Below the pieces are notes generated by a model. The model was not told the DNA's origin, searched no databases, and worked only from the letters and a program-made list of their open reading frames with translations. Below, in pieces: positions 46,170-59,766 of a DNA stretch of 64,000 bases (within the stretch, counting starts at the first letter, position 1; each line of letters starts with the position of its first letter). The DNA is from Takakia lepidozioides (Eukaryota; Plantae; Bryophyta): positions 66,278,001 to 66,342,000 of the forward strand of contig CM060732.1 in NCBI GenBank assembly GCA_030704615.1, written 5' to 3'. A program made the position numbers and the translations under genes.

Positions 46170-49100
46170 TACCCAACCTCCTATATTTATGGCCTTATGC
46201 AAGTGGCTCTCACCAGCATAAAGGTCGCCGCCTCTATCTTGTAAAGTTGTTCAAGTTATCTGATCCTCGTTAGTGTAGGTAGGTAGAGTAGTTAAGGCCA
46301 CATTACATTAGGTAGGTAGAGTAGTTAAGACTTTTAGGATATTGTGTCCACCACTCAAAAACTGACAAAGACATGCAGATTTCTCATGGTATTAGAGCTA
46401 AGAACTAATTAGCTTACTAGACTAATAGTGTTTCTGCACATAGAAGTATTCTGCACAAACTCCCAAGGCTGATACAAGGCTCATACAGTTCTATATGTAA
46501 GGAGGGTGTAGGATAAAGCTACACCTGCACGACCAAATTACATGTGTAGTACCAAGCTTGGGTCCGCAAGACAAAAACGTAGATATTCTCTTGTTCTGTG
46601 CAATACACATGTTATTTCCTCGTCTATTATTCTTTCAAAAGATTTTTTTTCTGAACTTACTTTGCACTCCCAATAGATAAAATAGTTAGACTATAGTTCA
46701 TCATGTCGGATTTTGAATCATCGTTCTTTGAGCTCCACAAATTACAATGAGCCTCAAACTACGTCGCCTGGAAATTTAGAATCCAGAGTATTCTTGAACA
46801 TTAGGATTTATGGGAACTGGTTGAGCCAAAGCCGGTCCTCACTATCTCCAACTCAACAACTAGTGCTACTGCTACAAGTGTCATCTCCAATATTACCTCC
46901 CAACCAAGCCCCGCAGACAATGTCATACTCGGAAAATCGCAAGGCCTTATCCATCCATTATCAAGTTGTCTATGAAGGATCAAATCATCATGTTCATTCT
47001 AAACGCCAAAACACCGCGTGATTGTTATTAGGAAACACTTCGCAAACAGTTCGAGGTCAAAAACAACACAAAGAGACTAGTAGTTCGTAGCGCATTCTCC
47101 ACACTAATTCGTATAAAAGAAGGTTCTAGTGTTGCCAACTTCATGAGGTTAGTTCAAGACACATATTTTAACTAGCTCATTGAGTTCGGAGACTAGCGAC
47201 CAACGGATGAGATAATCGTGGAGCAAGTTGTAAATGCTCTCCCACCGAACTTTGATAGCTTTGGCCGAGCAATCTCTAGTACCAGTGAATTCTTGTTTTG
47301 GAGTAAGACCAAACATTTGTGGGAGAGAGATTCACTGGGAAGTTGGCAGTATTGACTGCTTCACACCATAAGTAGGTTGGCACATTGCACTCGGCGGCCA
47401 TACTGCGAGCTCTATCCAGAATAGTTAGGTTTTTGCGTTCCGAGATTCCGTTTTGTGGTGTAGCAAGAGCTGTTAGTCGATTTTTTTCTCTTTAATGTTG
47501 CAAAATTCCTCAAACTCTTTGGAGCAATATCCTCCTCCTCTATCTAAGCGTGCCAAACATTTGAATCTGAGTTTTCTTATTTATTTTTCAATAAAAGCTT
47601 TAAAGATTTTGAAGCTGTGAAGCCTGGCTTGGCTTTTGAATGCCAGAAATAAATATATCCAAGTCTTCCTTGAGAAGTCATCGGTGAATGTCATAAAGTA
47701 GTTTGAATTTCCTAGTGACCGCACGGTTTTGTGGTCGGACCACACAAGTCACTATATATGATCTCTAGTGGTTCACTTGCTCTAGATTGACTTTTCTTGG
47801 GAAATTTCTCGATCTTAATGTAGTTTTCCGTACTGACAGCATTTGCAAAATGGAGCCAAGAGATGAAGAGTGGGTAGTCCAATTACTACATTTTTTGAGC
47901 TTAGGTGGTCATGAAGACTCCTATAATTCAAAGTGTCCAAGATGCCTATGCCACACGACCATATCTTTATGGCTTTCTAGTAAGTTGGTCTACAATCCTC
48001 GTTTGTGCAGATGTAATCTATATAATCCAAAGACTAGGTCACGGAGACCCTTCGCAACTAGTTTTGGAATTTTTGCTTTGTCAAGTACTAGACATATCCA
48101 AGTATCGAAGATGAGAGTCAGACCTTCATCAGCAAGGGCTCCAATTGACGACAAATTCTTGTTTACACCAGGCACGTACAAAATATTTTTGATAGCCTTT
48201 ATTTCTCCATTAGATAATGAAACTTTGAGTTCTTGTAATTTCCCTTCTAATATAGGAAGAGACTGGTCGTTTGTCGTCTTGACTGAACACGATGCTACAG
48301 GTTCTCTAGATGTTCTGTAACATGTGCACTAGCACCGGAGTCCGCGAGAATCCAAGATTCATCCTGAGTCCCTAATGCCATACCTATGAGATCAACAACT
48401 TCAAACTCCATGGTGATATCGTCGTCAAGTCGACAATTTCCATCATCTTCTTCACTGTTTTCTACCAGCACGTTGATCTGCTTCTCAGCTTTGTTGTTTA
48501 GGGGACATTCCTTTGCCCAATGACCCCATTGCCGCATTTTCCACAGAAACCAGATTTGGTAGAAGATTCGGTACGTCCGCCAATGTCGTTGGGTCTACCA
48601 TCATCAAACTGTCGTCATGGCTGAGGGTAAAGCTCTTTGCTCTTTCTGAACTTCAGCACCTTTTGAACCAACACATGCATGATTATGGCTTCATCCTTGT
48701 GATGATGATTCATATTCTCGTTGTGGGTCTCTTCTAGGTAGAGTCTACCTGCTATCTCATTTAGGCATGGTAGTTCGTTCTTTCCTGACACGTATATCCA
48801 ATCTCAAGGTGTTTGGTTGTGATAAATAAAGACATTCACAGTGATGATAGGAAGAAGTCAACCAAATTATCGCCTAGAGCTCTCAAATGCAAATTTGTTG
48901 GTTATGACAATGAAACCAAGAGGCTATAGATGTTATCATCCGTAGAGTAGAAAAATCCCAGTGTTAAGAGATATTCAATTTGATGCTTGGAACAAAAAAT
49001 CTAGATCATTTGACAAATCTAGTAGATTGAAACCTTCAGTCTATTCTCATACCATCTAGTGTGGCACCCGATGAAGATAAATGTTTAACCCCTAAGCGCC

Positions 49101-51844
49101 GGGAGCCAAATTGGAAAACACCCCCAAAATGGGACCCACCTTCATGAATAACCCCGTATCTTCTGGCAGGAGTTCAGCCATGGAATTGAACCATACTAAC
49201 TGGTTCTTACCTACTCCATGCAAGTACTGACCAAATTTCAGAAGAAATGACTGTCAATTTAGTGAGATTATAACGATTTACCATGGTGGATTTATCAAGT
49301 CCAAGCAAATGTGGACAGAAAAAATCACTTTGACCAAGGAAATTTACCATCACAATTTATTTTGCTCAGTCTCGGACCACCTCAGACAGATTCCTTGCTG
49401 GGTTGTAGGTCTCTTCCTGAAATTGGAGGACCAAATTCCAAAAAAATCTACTAGCTGGTTTGTATGTGCAATTAGGGGGGTGCACTTGGTGTGGAACAAT
49501 AGTGACATAGAAAATGTTGCATAGATCCTGCACATTGTGACCAAATGCACTTTCCTCTGGTGCAATCATGCAGTGCCCAAAGGTGAACATGAATGTGAAA
49601 TGGTTTTTAGAAAAATCCAAAAGCACAAGTGTAGATGGGTGCACACAGTTACCCGCCACGTGGTAGGTCAACGGGCCCTGGCCATGGATTCCAGGGCTTG
49701 GAAAAACCGTGACGGCCCGACATTTTGTCCGATGGGGGCGTAATAAATTCCCTCGTGCGCAGCTCCATGCCACGCTCACTTTTCCTTCGGCGACTTTTTT
49801 CATCCAAGTTCATCCACGGAAGTTATCCGTGGATGAAAATGCAATCGACCCGATTCGGGTCGCACCGGCTTTTAGGGGTTAAATAGTCAACCTACCTTAG
49901 ATGACACAACACCCATCAGAAATGATGAACCCACCAATCAATCAACTGACAATACAGTAGAACCAAACATAAATATTCCCTTAGTTGTTCCAATGGCACC
50001 ACAAGTATCCCATCCAACAAATACTTCTTTAACTTCTAGTCCTTTCCAAATGACGGAGTCTATGTCCTCTATCGACAAAAATCATGGATGACACTTAGTG
50101 GATCTTCCAAAAGGTAAGTGTCCAATTTCTGCGAAGTGGGTGTGTGAATTGAAGGAGGGTCGTAACAACCAGTCAAAGATCTTCAAAGCACGGCTCATGG
50201 CGAGAGGTTTTGAGCAACAACAAGGAATTAACTATGATGACATTTTCGGACATTTTCGCGCCAGTCGTAGAATGGAACACATTAGTGGCACATAATGCTT
50301 GGAATATGTATGACCTTGATATGAAGACTGCCTTCTTGAATGACAATCTTCAAGAGGAGGTATTTATGAGTCAACCTGATGGCTTCATAGTTCAAGGAAG
50401 TGAAAACAAGTTATGTAGACTGAACAAGCCACTCTATGGCCTCAAGCAGGCTTCTCGAGCTTGGTACCAGAAAATAGATAGTTACCTCCAGTCACAAGGA
50501 TTGAAACGTAGCAATTCTGATTACAATTTGTACTATATTAATGAAGGAGGGAAGCTAGTTCTAATTCCGGTCCTTTATGTAGATGACCTACCCATAACAT
50601 CACAAATTAAACTCATGGGCAAATGGATAATAGATCAATTGCAATTGCGCTTTAAAATAACCAACTTAGGTCACATGAACAACTATCTTCGGATTGAGTT
50701 CATATATGTCTTAGAGGAGTCTTCATGACGCAAAAAAACTATGTTCTCAAGATGCTTACCAATTTGGTCTCTCCAAGTGCAACTCTTGTCAAACACCCAT
50801 GTTGCAGAAATGAAATTAATTGCTGACATGGAAAGGGAGCCAATTGACACAACCTTGTACCAACAAATGGTAGGCAAACTCATCTACCTCACTAACACAA
50901 GACCAGATATATCATACCCGGTGGGAGTTGTGAGTAGGTTCATGAGTAAACCTCTCAAACCGCACATAGAGGTAGTAAAGAGAATCTTTAGATATCTCAA
51001 CAGAACGACAGACCTAGGGATTCTCTACTGAAGATGAGGCTCCTCGAAAATCGTTGGCTACACTACAGTGATTGGGTAGGCGATCAAGAAACTCAGCGAT
51101 CAATGGCAGGTTATGTATTTCGTCTTGGTGGTTCACCCATCACATGGTGCAGCAAAAAACAGCCAACTATTGCTAGGAGGGAGGATATATGAGCTTGGCG
51201 GAGGGGGCACAAAAATCTGTATGGCTAATAAGACTATCCCTTGAGCTCGGGATTTCGAATAGAGACCTGACAAAAATAAACTGTGACAACATGAGCAGTG
51301 TAAAAATTGTTAAGAACCTAGTACAACATGCTCGAACGAAGCACATAGAGGTTCACATCATAATTTTGTCATGGATCAAGTCCAACAGGAACTGTTGATC
51401 ACAAGCACATTGCAATAGAAGATCAATTGGCCGACATGATGATCAAACCACCGGAAATTAGAAAGTTTGAAGAGATGAAATTTGGAGTGCTGCCACTCCA
51501 CACATTGAAGATCAAACAGATTGAAGAGTGTTTTTCAGGAAGCTCTTTTTGTGTCTCAAACTCTAGGCACTGTTTTGGGCACCATTGCTCTTCTCTTAGG
51601 TTTTGCTTAGAATGACAATAATTAGGTTTGAGAGATCAAACCTATCTCATATATTCATGGCCAAATGCAAGTGGCTGGCAATCAGCATAAGGCTGTCCTC
51701 CGCATTTCTCTATCTTGTAAAGCTGCTCTTATCTTATCCTCATTAGTTTAGGTAGGTAGAGTAGTTAAGACTTTCAGCATATAAGTACCCCTTAGTATAA
51801 TGTGTTCCTCACTCAAAAACTGACGAAGAAATGCCCATTTCTCA
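46170..51844 (+). mobile_element. Decayed Ty1/Copia LTR retrotransposon
   Basis: LTR similarity between ~46178-46386 and ~51641-51844, both ending ttctca. PBS tggtattagagc (Met-i type). RT/RNaseH motifs LDMKTAFLN, LYGLKQASRAW, LYVDD, TRPDISY and HARTKHIEV. The 5' LTR start is uncertain. Confidence 0.9.
49089..49878. mobile_element. piggyBac-like non-autonomous DNA element nested in the Copia
   Basis: TTAA|CCCCTAAGCGCCGG ... CCGGCTTTTAGGGG|TTAA: 12/14 TIR match, CCC termini and a TTAA duplication. Confidence 0.7.
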
Positions 51845-52166
51845 ATATTCAAAACCAAAAGATTTTAGTATAGGGTGAGGCATTATCCCCAGGGATTCCA
51901 GTACCGAGGCCCTGTAATACGAGGGCGGAGCCTCACACGTTCTCCCCCTCACACGTTCGGCTGGATTTCCCTTACACGTTTTCCCCCGGGTTGCAGGGAT
52001 CTTACGTGTAAGCTCCCTCCTCGTGGGCGACCTCACCGTTGTGACGCCCTAAGACCCCCCATGCTGCTCTATAACCCGCCCCATAAAGCTCTAGGAGAAA
52101 ATTTGATAGGGCTTTACGTACCCGGAACCTGGCCAATACTAAGAAAAAGTTAATGTCCGCCCAACA

Positions 52167-52960
52167 GTGGTACATTCTGACATCACTAAATCTGGAATTG
52201 CTCCAGATTATTTTGGAGACTGGCCTTGCTTCCATGTATTCCAGATGTGGAGTTTGAGGGATGGACGTCAAGTGTTTGACAATATGACTGAACAAGATGT
52301 TGTCTGCCGGAGTGCGATGGTGCGATGGTTACAGGATATGCTGAACATGGTTGTGGTATGGAGGCCCTGGAACCATTTGAACAAATGCAACAGGAAGGCT
52401 TCAAGCCGGATGGTATCACCTTTCTTAGTCTTCTTTCTGCATGTAGCCATGTGGGATTAGTGGACGAAGGCCATCACTACTTGGATTCCATGAGTCAGGA
52501 CCATGGCCTCACTCCTACGGTAGAACACTATGCCTGCATGGTGGATCTTCTTGGCCGTGCAGGCTGCCAGTTGCATGTGGCAGAGGATCTCAATAACAGA
52601 CTACCAATCCAACCAGGTGCTACAGTGCTTGCTTGCGGCCTGCAGAATTCATGGCTACGTAGCAGAACATGCAGCGAAGTCCCTTATAACGTTGGATCCA
52701 CAAGATGTTCCAACATAAATTGACAGAAGCTGGGATGATCCAGCAAAATGAGAAAAATAATGTAGGACAGGTGAATTGTTGTAGGCAAAGTGCATCCACA
52801 AATTGAGGAAATCCATGGTGAGCTGAAGAAATTGGCCAGGTTGATGAAGGATGCTGATTATGTGCTGGACACGCACTTTGTGTTGCCTGAGATGGAAGAG
52901 CAGCAAAAGGAAGTATGTCTTTCCTGCCACACGGACAAGCTGGCCATTTCTCTTGGGTGA
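52167..52960 (+). pseudogene. PPR 3' relic, paralog of the 36905-37800 region, retaining degenerate E+/DYW-start sequence
   Basis: Near-identical P2-L2-S2-E1 with the same LDPQDVPT stop, followed by remnants [11 protein letters not shown] and CHTDKLAI. Confidence 0.88.
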
Positions 52961-53274
52961 TCAGCTTACTCCCTTGAACTCCAATTTGACATGGAATGCG
53001 ACATGGAATGTGACAGAGTACTTTCTACTGAGCTGCTTTGAGAACTCAGGAATGTTCATAAAAACAGTTGTGCATTGAAGTCATTGAAAATGAAACAGAT
53101 GGCAGGGAAGAGCAGTCCCGAAGAATAGTTGTGGGCGGCGAACAACATAATGTTGAACAAAAGGGCCTCCAGAAGATGAAGGGGATGATCTCATGTGACT
53201 TGTTTCTAGTAACTAGGAAACATGTCATAAATATTGGCGCGAGTACCCTTTCACACATTTTCTTCTACCCTGAA

Positions 53275-54093
53275 AGAGGGGTCAACTCTGAGGTTAAGAA
53301 AACCATGCTTTGTCGCGTTATTAGACCTGCCTTGGAGTACGGATCTGCAATATGGGTTGATAACTCCAACCAGGCTAAGTCTCTAGAATCCATTCAAGTG
53401 GGGGTGCTTAAGGAGTGTATGTCAGCATGCTCCAAAACAGCCAGTGGCTGTTCGGGGGTGAGTTTGGCATTCCGTCCTTTAGCTCCCGACGAGATGAATT
53501 CAAGGTCAGATGGTGGGGTCAGCTGCAACATATGTCCAACACCAGATATCCTAAGTTAATCGATCGACTCTATATCTTGGAAACAGGACCGCCCTGTCAG
53601 GCTAAGTCCTGGCATAAGAGAGTAGAAGAGATTCTCAAGGACCTGGATCTGGATCCGCAAGTCTTGACCCTGCTGGATAAATCTGACTTAGAGGCTGTAG
53701 TGTCCAAAGCCATGTCTGTTGCCATGAAATTGTATGATGAAAATGAAGTTAGGCAGAAAACTTCCCTGAACTTGTTTCCAGTCTGTGACATGGCGGAAGA
53801 CATCTTGGATGACCTCAAGGGTCCACCCACTCTAGGCACTAGACTGAAATTTAAACTCAGGGCAGGAAGCCTACCTTTGAACAGCAAACAGAAGCAGAGA
53901 GGAAAGGGAGAGTGCAATTGCCCGTTGTGTGGGCAATCTGAAGACAATATTCATGAATTTTATGATACACTGTCAGGGGTTCTCTCACCAAAGGGACTCT
54001 CTCTTCAAATCTATCAAGGGAATTGTACCTATACCTCTGTTTACCAACTTTGAAAGTCTCGAGGCTGAGCCAAAAGCCCAGGCCCTTCTGAGG
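53275..54093 (+). mobile_element. Internal fragment of the same LINE family (opposite orientation)
   Basis: RGVNSEVKKTMLCRVIRPALEYGS..CNCPLCGQSEDNIH. Confidence 0.9.
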
Positions 54094-54119
54094 TCTTCCG
54101 TCAATCCATAACCATCCAA

Positions 54120-54625
54120 GTATTCTGGATGCCAAGTTTTAGAATGATTCCTCAATGATTCGAAAGGAAGGGGACTAGTGCCAAAGTTTTGTTGAGGGCT
54201 GTTCTCTTGCTCAAATTGTATGTTTCAGACAGCTTCCCATCATCTCCAGACACATGCCCAGGTCTCCTTCTTGCCCAATGCTTGGTTGATCGGTAATAAC
54301 CTAAGCTCTTCCGACACTTTTTGAGAACTGTTTTCCTTTGACCCACTCAGACTACACATTCATGTTTTGATGTAAATAAAAACAGTACTATTACAAAGTA
54401 AAGTCTGTTTAACGTGGATGTAATCTCCAATAACAAGCAAGTAAATCTGCATGTGAACTTTCTTTCAGTGGAAGCATACCAGACGCCATTGATCATGGAG
54501 AGAATGCAGTTTGAGAGTGGACTCTGAGCAAGATGACAGCCCTGGTGACAGCCTCGTTGCAGACATGCGTGCCCACAAACCCAGTTCCTCCCAATACTAC
54601 CATCGACCAATCCTCTGATTTGGAC
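54120..54625 (-). pseudogene. Degenerate NAD(P)-binding Rossmann (atypical SDR) fragment
   Basis: VVLGGTGFVGTHVCNEAV glycine motif and a downstream YNLSKR..GIILK remnant resembling YxxxK. Broken frames. Confidence 0.4.
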
Positions 54626-55500
54626 TCTCTGACACAATGGCAGACCTGCGTGGGATGTGTGCCATGGCTTGCCCCGCTTCCTCCTCCCAAACCACACTAC
54701 TGTACGCAAGACATACAACACTAACACACTGGGTGGACCCAGTACCCGAAACAGTGAGAAATGCAAAACCCGCAAGAATGAGAGCCCACATATGCAACAC
54801 CCACGGGCACACACAAATGGACTTTCTAGCACGGCAACGAGGCATTTGTCCTAGCCTAGAAGGTACCGGAGATCACAAATTGAGCGAAGTCTCTTGGTTC
54901 ACCCATGCACACTCTTTCTCACTTTGCTATGTGGCATCGCCCCCTCGAGTCACAGTGGAATTTCATTCACTGGTAGATGAATTGTCTCTCCCTGTTTTCT
55001 CGTGTTATGACAGAGAGAATTCCTCAACCGGCAAAAACAGATGGGACCACTTTCATGACTTCAGGATCATCGTGTGATGGTAGACTGGAGTGGTTGGATA
55101 TCTCGAACAGAACAGTGGTATGCGACAAGTCAATAATAGGCATTCATTAATCGCTGGATAAGGAATACACAAACCATAAATGTACAATCTTTTGGCATAT
55201 AAATCCACATACAATCTTTTGGCCCCTTAGGTATAAATACGGGTATGAATATATGGATGTAATGCACCACTGCATGCACAGTCTTGGGCTCTGATTTCTA
55301 CAGGACTACAAATTCTCTACAAGGTTTTAGTAGTTGATGCCTACTGATTTTTTGCAGGAGCCAAAACACGAAAACTGGCAGAAGCAGCAGCAGCGTGTAC
55401 TTGTGCTCAGGCACCTGCTTTCCAGATCAAGTGGAGGACGAAGCTCTGAAAGAAAGTAAGCTTGTACTGGTCTTGGTGCGTGATCTGAGATAGTAGTGGA

Positions 55501-57500
55501 TCAGACTGAGCGCTGGAAGGGGAGCGGCCGGCGCTGGGTGGCAATGGACTTGAGAGGGGTGAGCATGGGCGTCAATCCGCCGCTGGAGAAGCGCATGTCG
55601 ATGTCCTCGCAGCGCTGGCCTCGGGCGGGAGCCCAGTGGAAGCTGTGCACGAGATTGCCCACAGCGATGCACAGCAGGGAAGTGCCCAGGTTTGCACCGG
55701 GGCAGGATCTGCGGCCGACTCCGAAGGGGAATATGCGCATTTGTGGGTCCGAGAGCAGCGCCAGGTTGGAGGTCTCCCACCGCTCGGGCCTGAACACCAG
55801 AGGGTCGGGCCAGATTTTGGAGTTGATGCCCAGCTCGATGTTGCTCACCATCACTTGCGTGCCCGCGGGTATATCGTAGCCCATCACTTTGGTTTGCGAT
55901 ATGCTCGTGCGTGGCACTCCGAATGGACCGGCAGGGTGCAGGCGGAAGATCTCCTTGATAACGCACTTAAGGTAGTGCAGATTAGGCACATCTGAATCTT
56001 TTACGATGTGGTCGATGCCAACCACGCTGTCGAGCTCTTTCTGTAGTTTTTGCTGCACTTGAGGATGGCGCACTATCTCTGCTATTGCCCACTCAGTATG
56101 ATTCACGGGCAAATCCAATCCGGACCACATCAAATCCTGCATAACATTACACGAGAGGCTTGCGCAGTCAGAAAAGCACGGGTGCTCATCCGGCCACACC
56201 TTCAAGGATCGAAACATGCCAGTCTGTTGCAAGCATACTGCCTTTCCAAGGATTAGGATTCATCGACCAAGACGTACACTGTACAAGAAATTCAAAATGG
56301 GTCAATCGGTTCTATTTCCAATGCTTACAAGAATCAGCGCCTTGATGGTGATGTCCTCCAAAAGTTCCCCACCGTTCTCGCCAGGAAGATCTAGCAGCAC
56401 GTCCACGAAGTCATGAGTGCGAGTCTTGGACTCAGAAACCGTGTCACCATGTGCCCGCTGTTTCTTGGCTGCGCGGTGCTCGTCAACAATGGCTTGCAGT
56501 TTCACGTCCAATGCCACATGTACCTGTGGAGGCAGCAACGTTCAGGTCCAATTTATTATTTTTAGTTGTCCGGTTGAGCAGATCAGATTGGAAATCGACA
56601 TCCAACACAAACTCTCACAATTTTGAAGCTCGGAAGGCTCTTACCACACAAGAGTCTGAATCAGACCGACAGACTTGATCAAATTTCAAGGTCATGGACT
56701 CGGCATGGATGGGGAGGTTTTTCAATGGCCAGTGTACATACCCACTTCACCTTCTTTTTGTAACCTTGTAAGTCCAAGGGTGCAAGCCAAGGAACGAAGT
56801 CGCCGATGTTCATGACGCCAAATAGTTCAAACGATTCCATGAGCAGGCGCATCACGTCTTGGGTGTCGTCTTGATCGGCCGAATGAGTGCCGAAGTATTT
56901 CTTGCCCAAGATCATGTCAGTCAAGATGTTCATGCTGAAGTTCTCAATCTTGTGTCTGACGTCCACTTCGGCCCCTTTCTTGCTCGTCTGCGATACAGCC
57001 TCCAACATTTCACAGGCTTCCTCCTCCCTTCTGGGTGCAAAGGATTCTACCCGCTTGTTAGAGAGCAACTCCATTACACAGATCTTACGCATGGCTCGCC
57101 AGTGCTCACCAGGAGGTGCCATGATGAAGTCGTGCACGCCGTATGTCAAGTACTGGCCACAGATGGTCTTCGGACGCGAACTGAAGACATCGTCCTGCTC
57201 CTTCATGATTTCGTTCAGGATCTTCGGGTCGCTGGTGATGAGAGCCGGCAGAGAGCCGAGCCTGAGGAACACGATGGGGCCATACTTTCTGGTCATTTCC
57301 GCCACCGTGAGATGTGGCTTGGCCCCCAGACTGAGGATGTTGCCCACAATGGGCCATGGCCTTGGTCCCGGAGGATAATTGAGCTTGGGTTGGCGAGCAT
57401 GTCGGATGATCGCGACCAGCACAACTGCAGCTACTGCTACCGACACCTGCATCCATCCGAAGCTCGGAAGCCTCACAGACTGCAAGAGCGAGGAATCCAT
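55501..57500 (-). CDS. Cytochrome P450, CYP71 clan, CYP703-like; exons 57500-56742, 56523-56329, 56136-55501
   Basis: TM anchor, PPGPRPWPIVGN, QDDVFSSRPKT (CYP703-like), EIFR, RPERW and FPFGVGRRSCPG. Two phase-0 GT-AG introns. Confidence 0.92.
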
Positions 57501-57789
57501 GCCCCCAGACCGCTGCAGCGAGACTGATCTTCTAGAGCGGGATGTGCAACTGAGAACTGAGTTCCTGACTTGCGACTGGGGAGGAGGAGCTTATCTAGTC
57601 TTGCATGGAGACTGACGGCGCTGCGGTTTTTGCGTACGTGATTTCAAGCGAAGGTGACGACAACAAAGTTTTAATAATATCATTTACAGCATTGCGATGG
57701 TTTTAGAAAACAAAAACTACAAGCTGATCAAAATGTTCCATCTCGAGTGCATCTCCGGAGGGGCCATGCCTACTAAAATCAAATGGAGC

Positions 57790-58012
57790 TAATTTCCTCG
57801 GTGTCACCCCTTCCGGTTGCACATGCGTTGAGAGCACAAGTGAAAGTTACTTTGCTGCGTGTCACCCCTTCCTGTTGCATTTCCTTATAGAGCTCAAAAG
57901 CCTCCCTAGCACACCCATGCTTGGCGTATCCTGCTATTGTTATATTCCAAGTAAACACATCTCGGTCAGGCATTTTGTCAAACATTTTGCGTGCATCCAC
58001 CAGGCTGTTAAC
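57790..58012 (-). pseudogene. PPR fragment
   Basis: SLVDARKMFDKMPDRDVFTWNITIAGYAKHGCAREAFELY. Confidence 0.8.
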
Positions 58013-58578
58013 CTTCAGTGAAAGCCCATTAAATATAGTGTTCCATAGCTTGCACCTCACCTCTGCAAGGAACAGTCCATATGCACCAAATGAAGAATAT
58101 ATAAAGAAATATACTTCGAGTGTAGATCAGATGGGACATTTGCTAAGGTCTGTGGCCCATTTGCAACAAACGTTATCCACGTTTCTATTCACTTAAGGAT
58201 GGTTCAGGTTCCAATTTACATTGTTAAAGGGGACTGCTTGGAGAGCCCACCATAGTAGGGTTGAGGCAGAAGAAGCCCTCTAGAAGACAGGCCCTACTGA
58301 CAACCAAGTTGTAGCCCTGTGGTAATAGGCACAAACCACCTCGGAAGTGGGTTGTGGGTTCAATCCACCCATTCGTGTGACAAAGATGTCCACCTTCGTA
58401 CGTACCGAAGTTCCGGGTCAAGAGACACCATAATTTACGCTTCCTTCGGGAGTATAGTCCTCGCTCTCTTCGCTCTCTTTTACGTGTTATCTCTAGGCCA
58501 TACTACATGAAGTCTTCTAGAAGCCCGCCCAGGGCCTCTACTTTTGGAAAGCTCTAGAAGGAGGGCCCACCGCCTCTA

Positions 58579-58581
<3 letters not shown>

Positions 58582-58615
<34 letters not shown>

Positions 58616-58625
58616 TTATATATAA
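58582..58625. repeat. (TA)n microsatellite
   Basis: Direct reading. Confidence 0.9.
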
Positions 58626-59766
58626 CGCCAGTTGGATCCAGTGTAAATAAAAGCCTCTTCCCCTTGTGGGTATGCCCCCCTTTCAAGAGTGGGCTCTATC
58701 ATAACCAGAACCAATTATGTAGTGGCAAGCTAGCCGTGCCTGTCAATCTTTCTTGTGAAGGAGTATGGCTGTAAATGATGTGAAGTGCACGGTACGTAGG
58801 AAGGGGGTGGTGTATTTGAAAGAGTTTGAGGTTTTTTCTAAGGAATTGACTATTGTGACAATGTACTCCTTTGACACCAGCAAGAATGATAGTAAAAGGG
58901 GTGGTGCTCCATCCACGTTGACATAGGGCTAAAACATTGGGCGATTCATATTTTTCACATTTATATATAATTGATTGGTCATTGTGTTTATTATCGCAAA
59001 AAGTAAAATCTGTTATATGAAGGGTGAGAGAGGGGTGTGGTCTTGTCGGTATTGTTGAAAAAATAGAGAAACTACTCAATAATTCAATCAAACATCCACT
59101 TTGAAGTCAAATATTGTGACAAAGACCCCTACTTGCACTTGCGCCACAACAATGTCATGAGCACGACTTTTCTTGTGGACACATTTTATTCTTATTTTTA
59201 AAAAGAGACGTGTGTACAAAAGAGTCAAGACCAGGACCATGGCTTTTTTTTTCATTTTGGCTAAGAAGCGTAGATGGCTACAAAATTTGAAGGCTAAGTG
59301 CAAAGGTGGCGATGACATAGATGCTTAGCTAAAAATCAACTGGCTACAGGCTATTTCATTTGCATGCAATATGGCGATTTGAGCCCACTCACAATCTGAA
59401 ATCTAAAATAATTAATCAAAGAAGTCCAAAGATGGCCACCAAAAACCATAGCCTCAATTTCAAATAGCAAGGGTCCAGGTCGTGCTCCATGGCGAGATCT
59501 CCACCGTTGATCGCGCAATGGGGCGACAGCCGCTAGATGTAGGGCTGTGGGGAACGTGTATTTCTGGCGCACCACGCATGTTCCCCTGGAGCTTTCTGGC
59601 ACCAGCCCGTGCGCCCCCCTATTTTCTGGCACATTTTTTGTTTTTTTCCCCATGATTTTACATAGGGCTGTCGCAGCCCTTTGTTATTTTATCGCTTTTA
59701 GGCTCCAGTTCGCCTAAAAAAGAAGCGCTGGTCGGGACCTGCGTAAACGTCGTTGCAAACTTTGTA

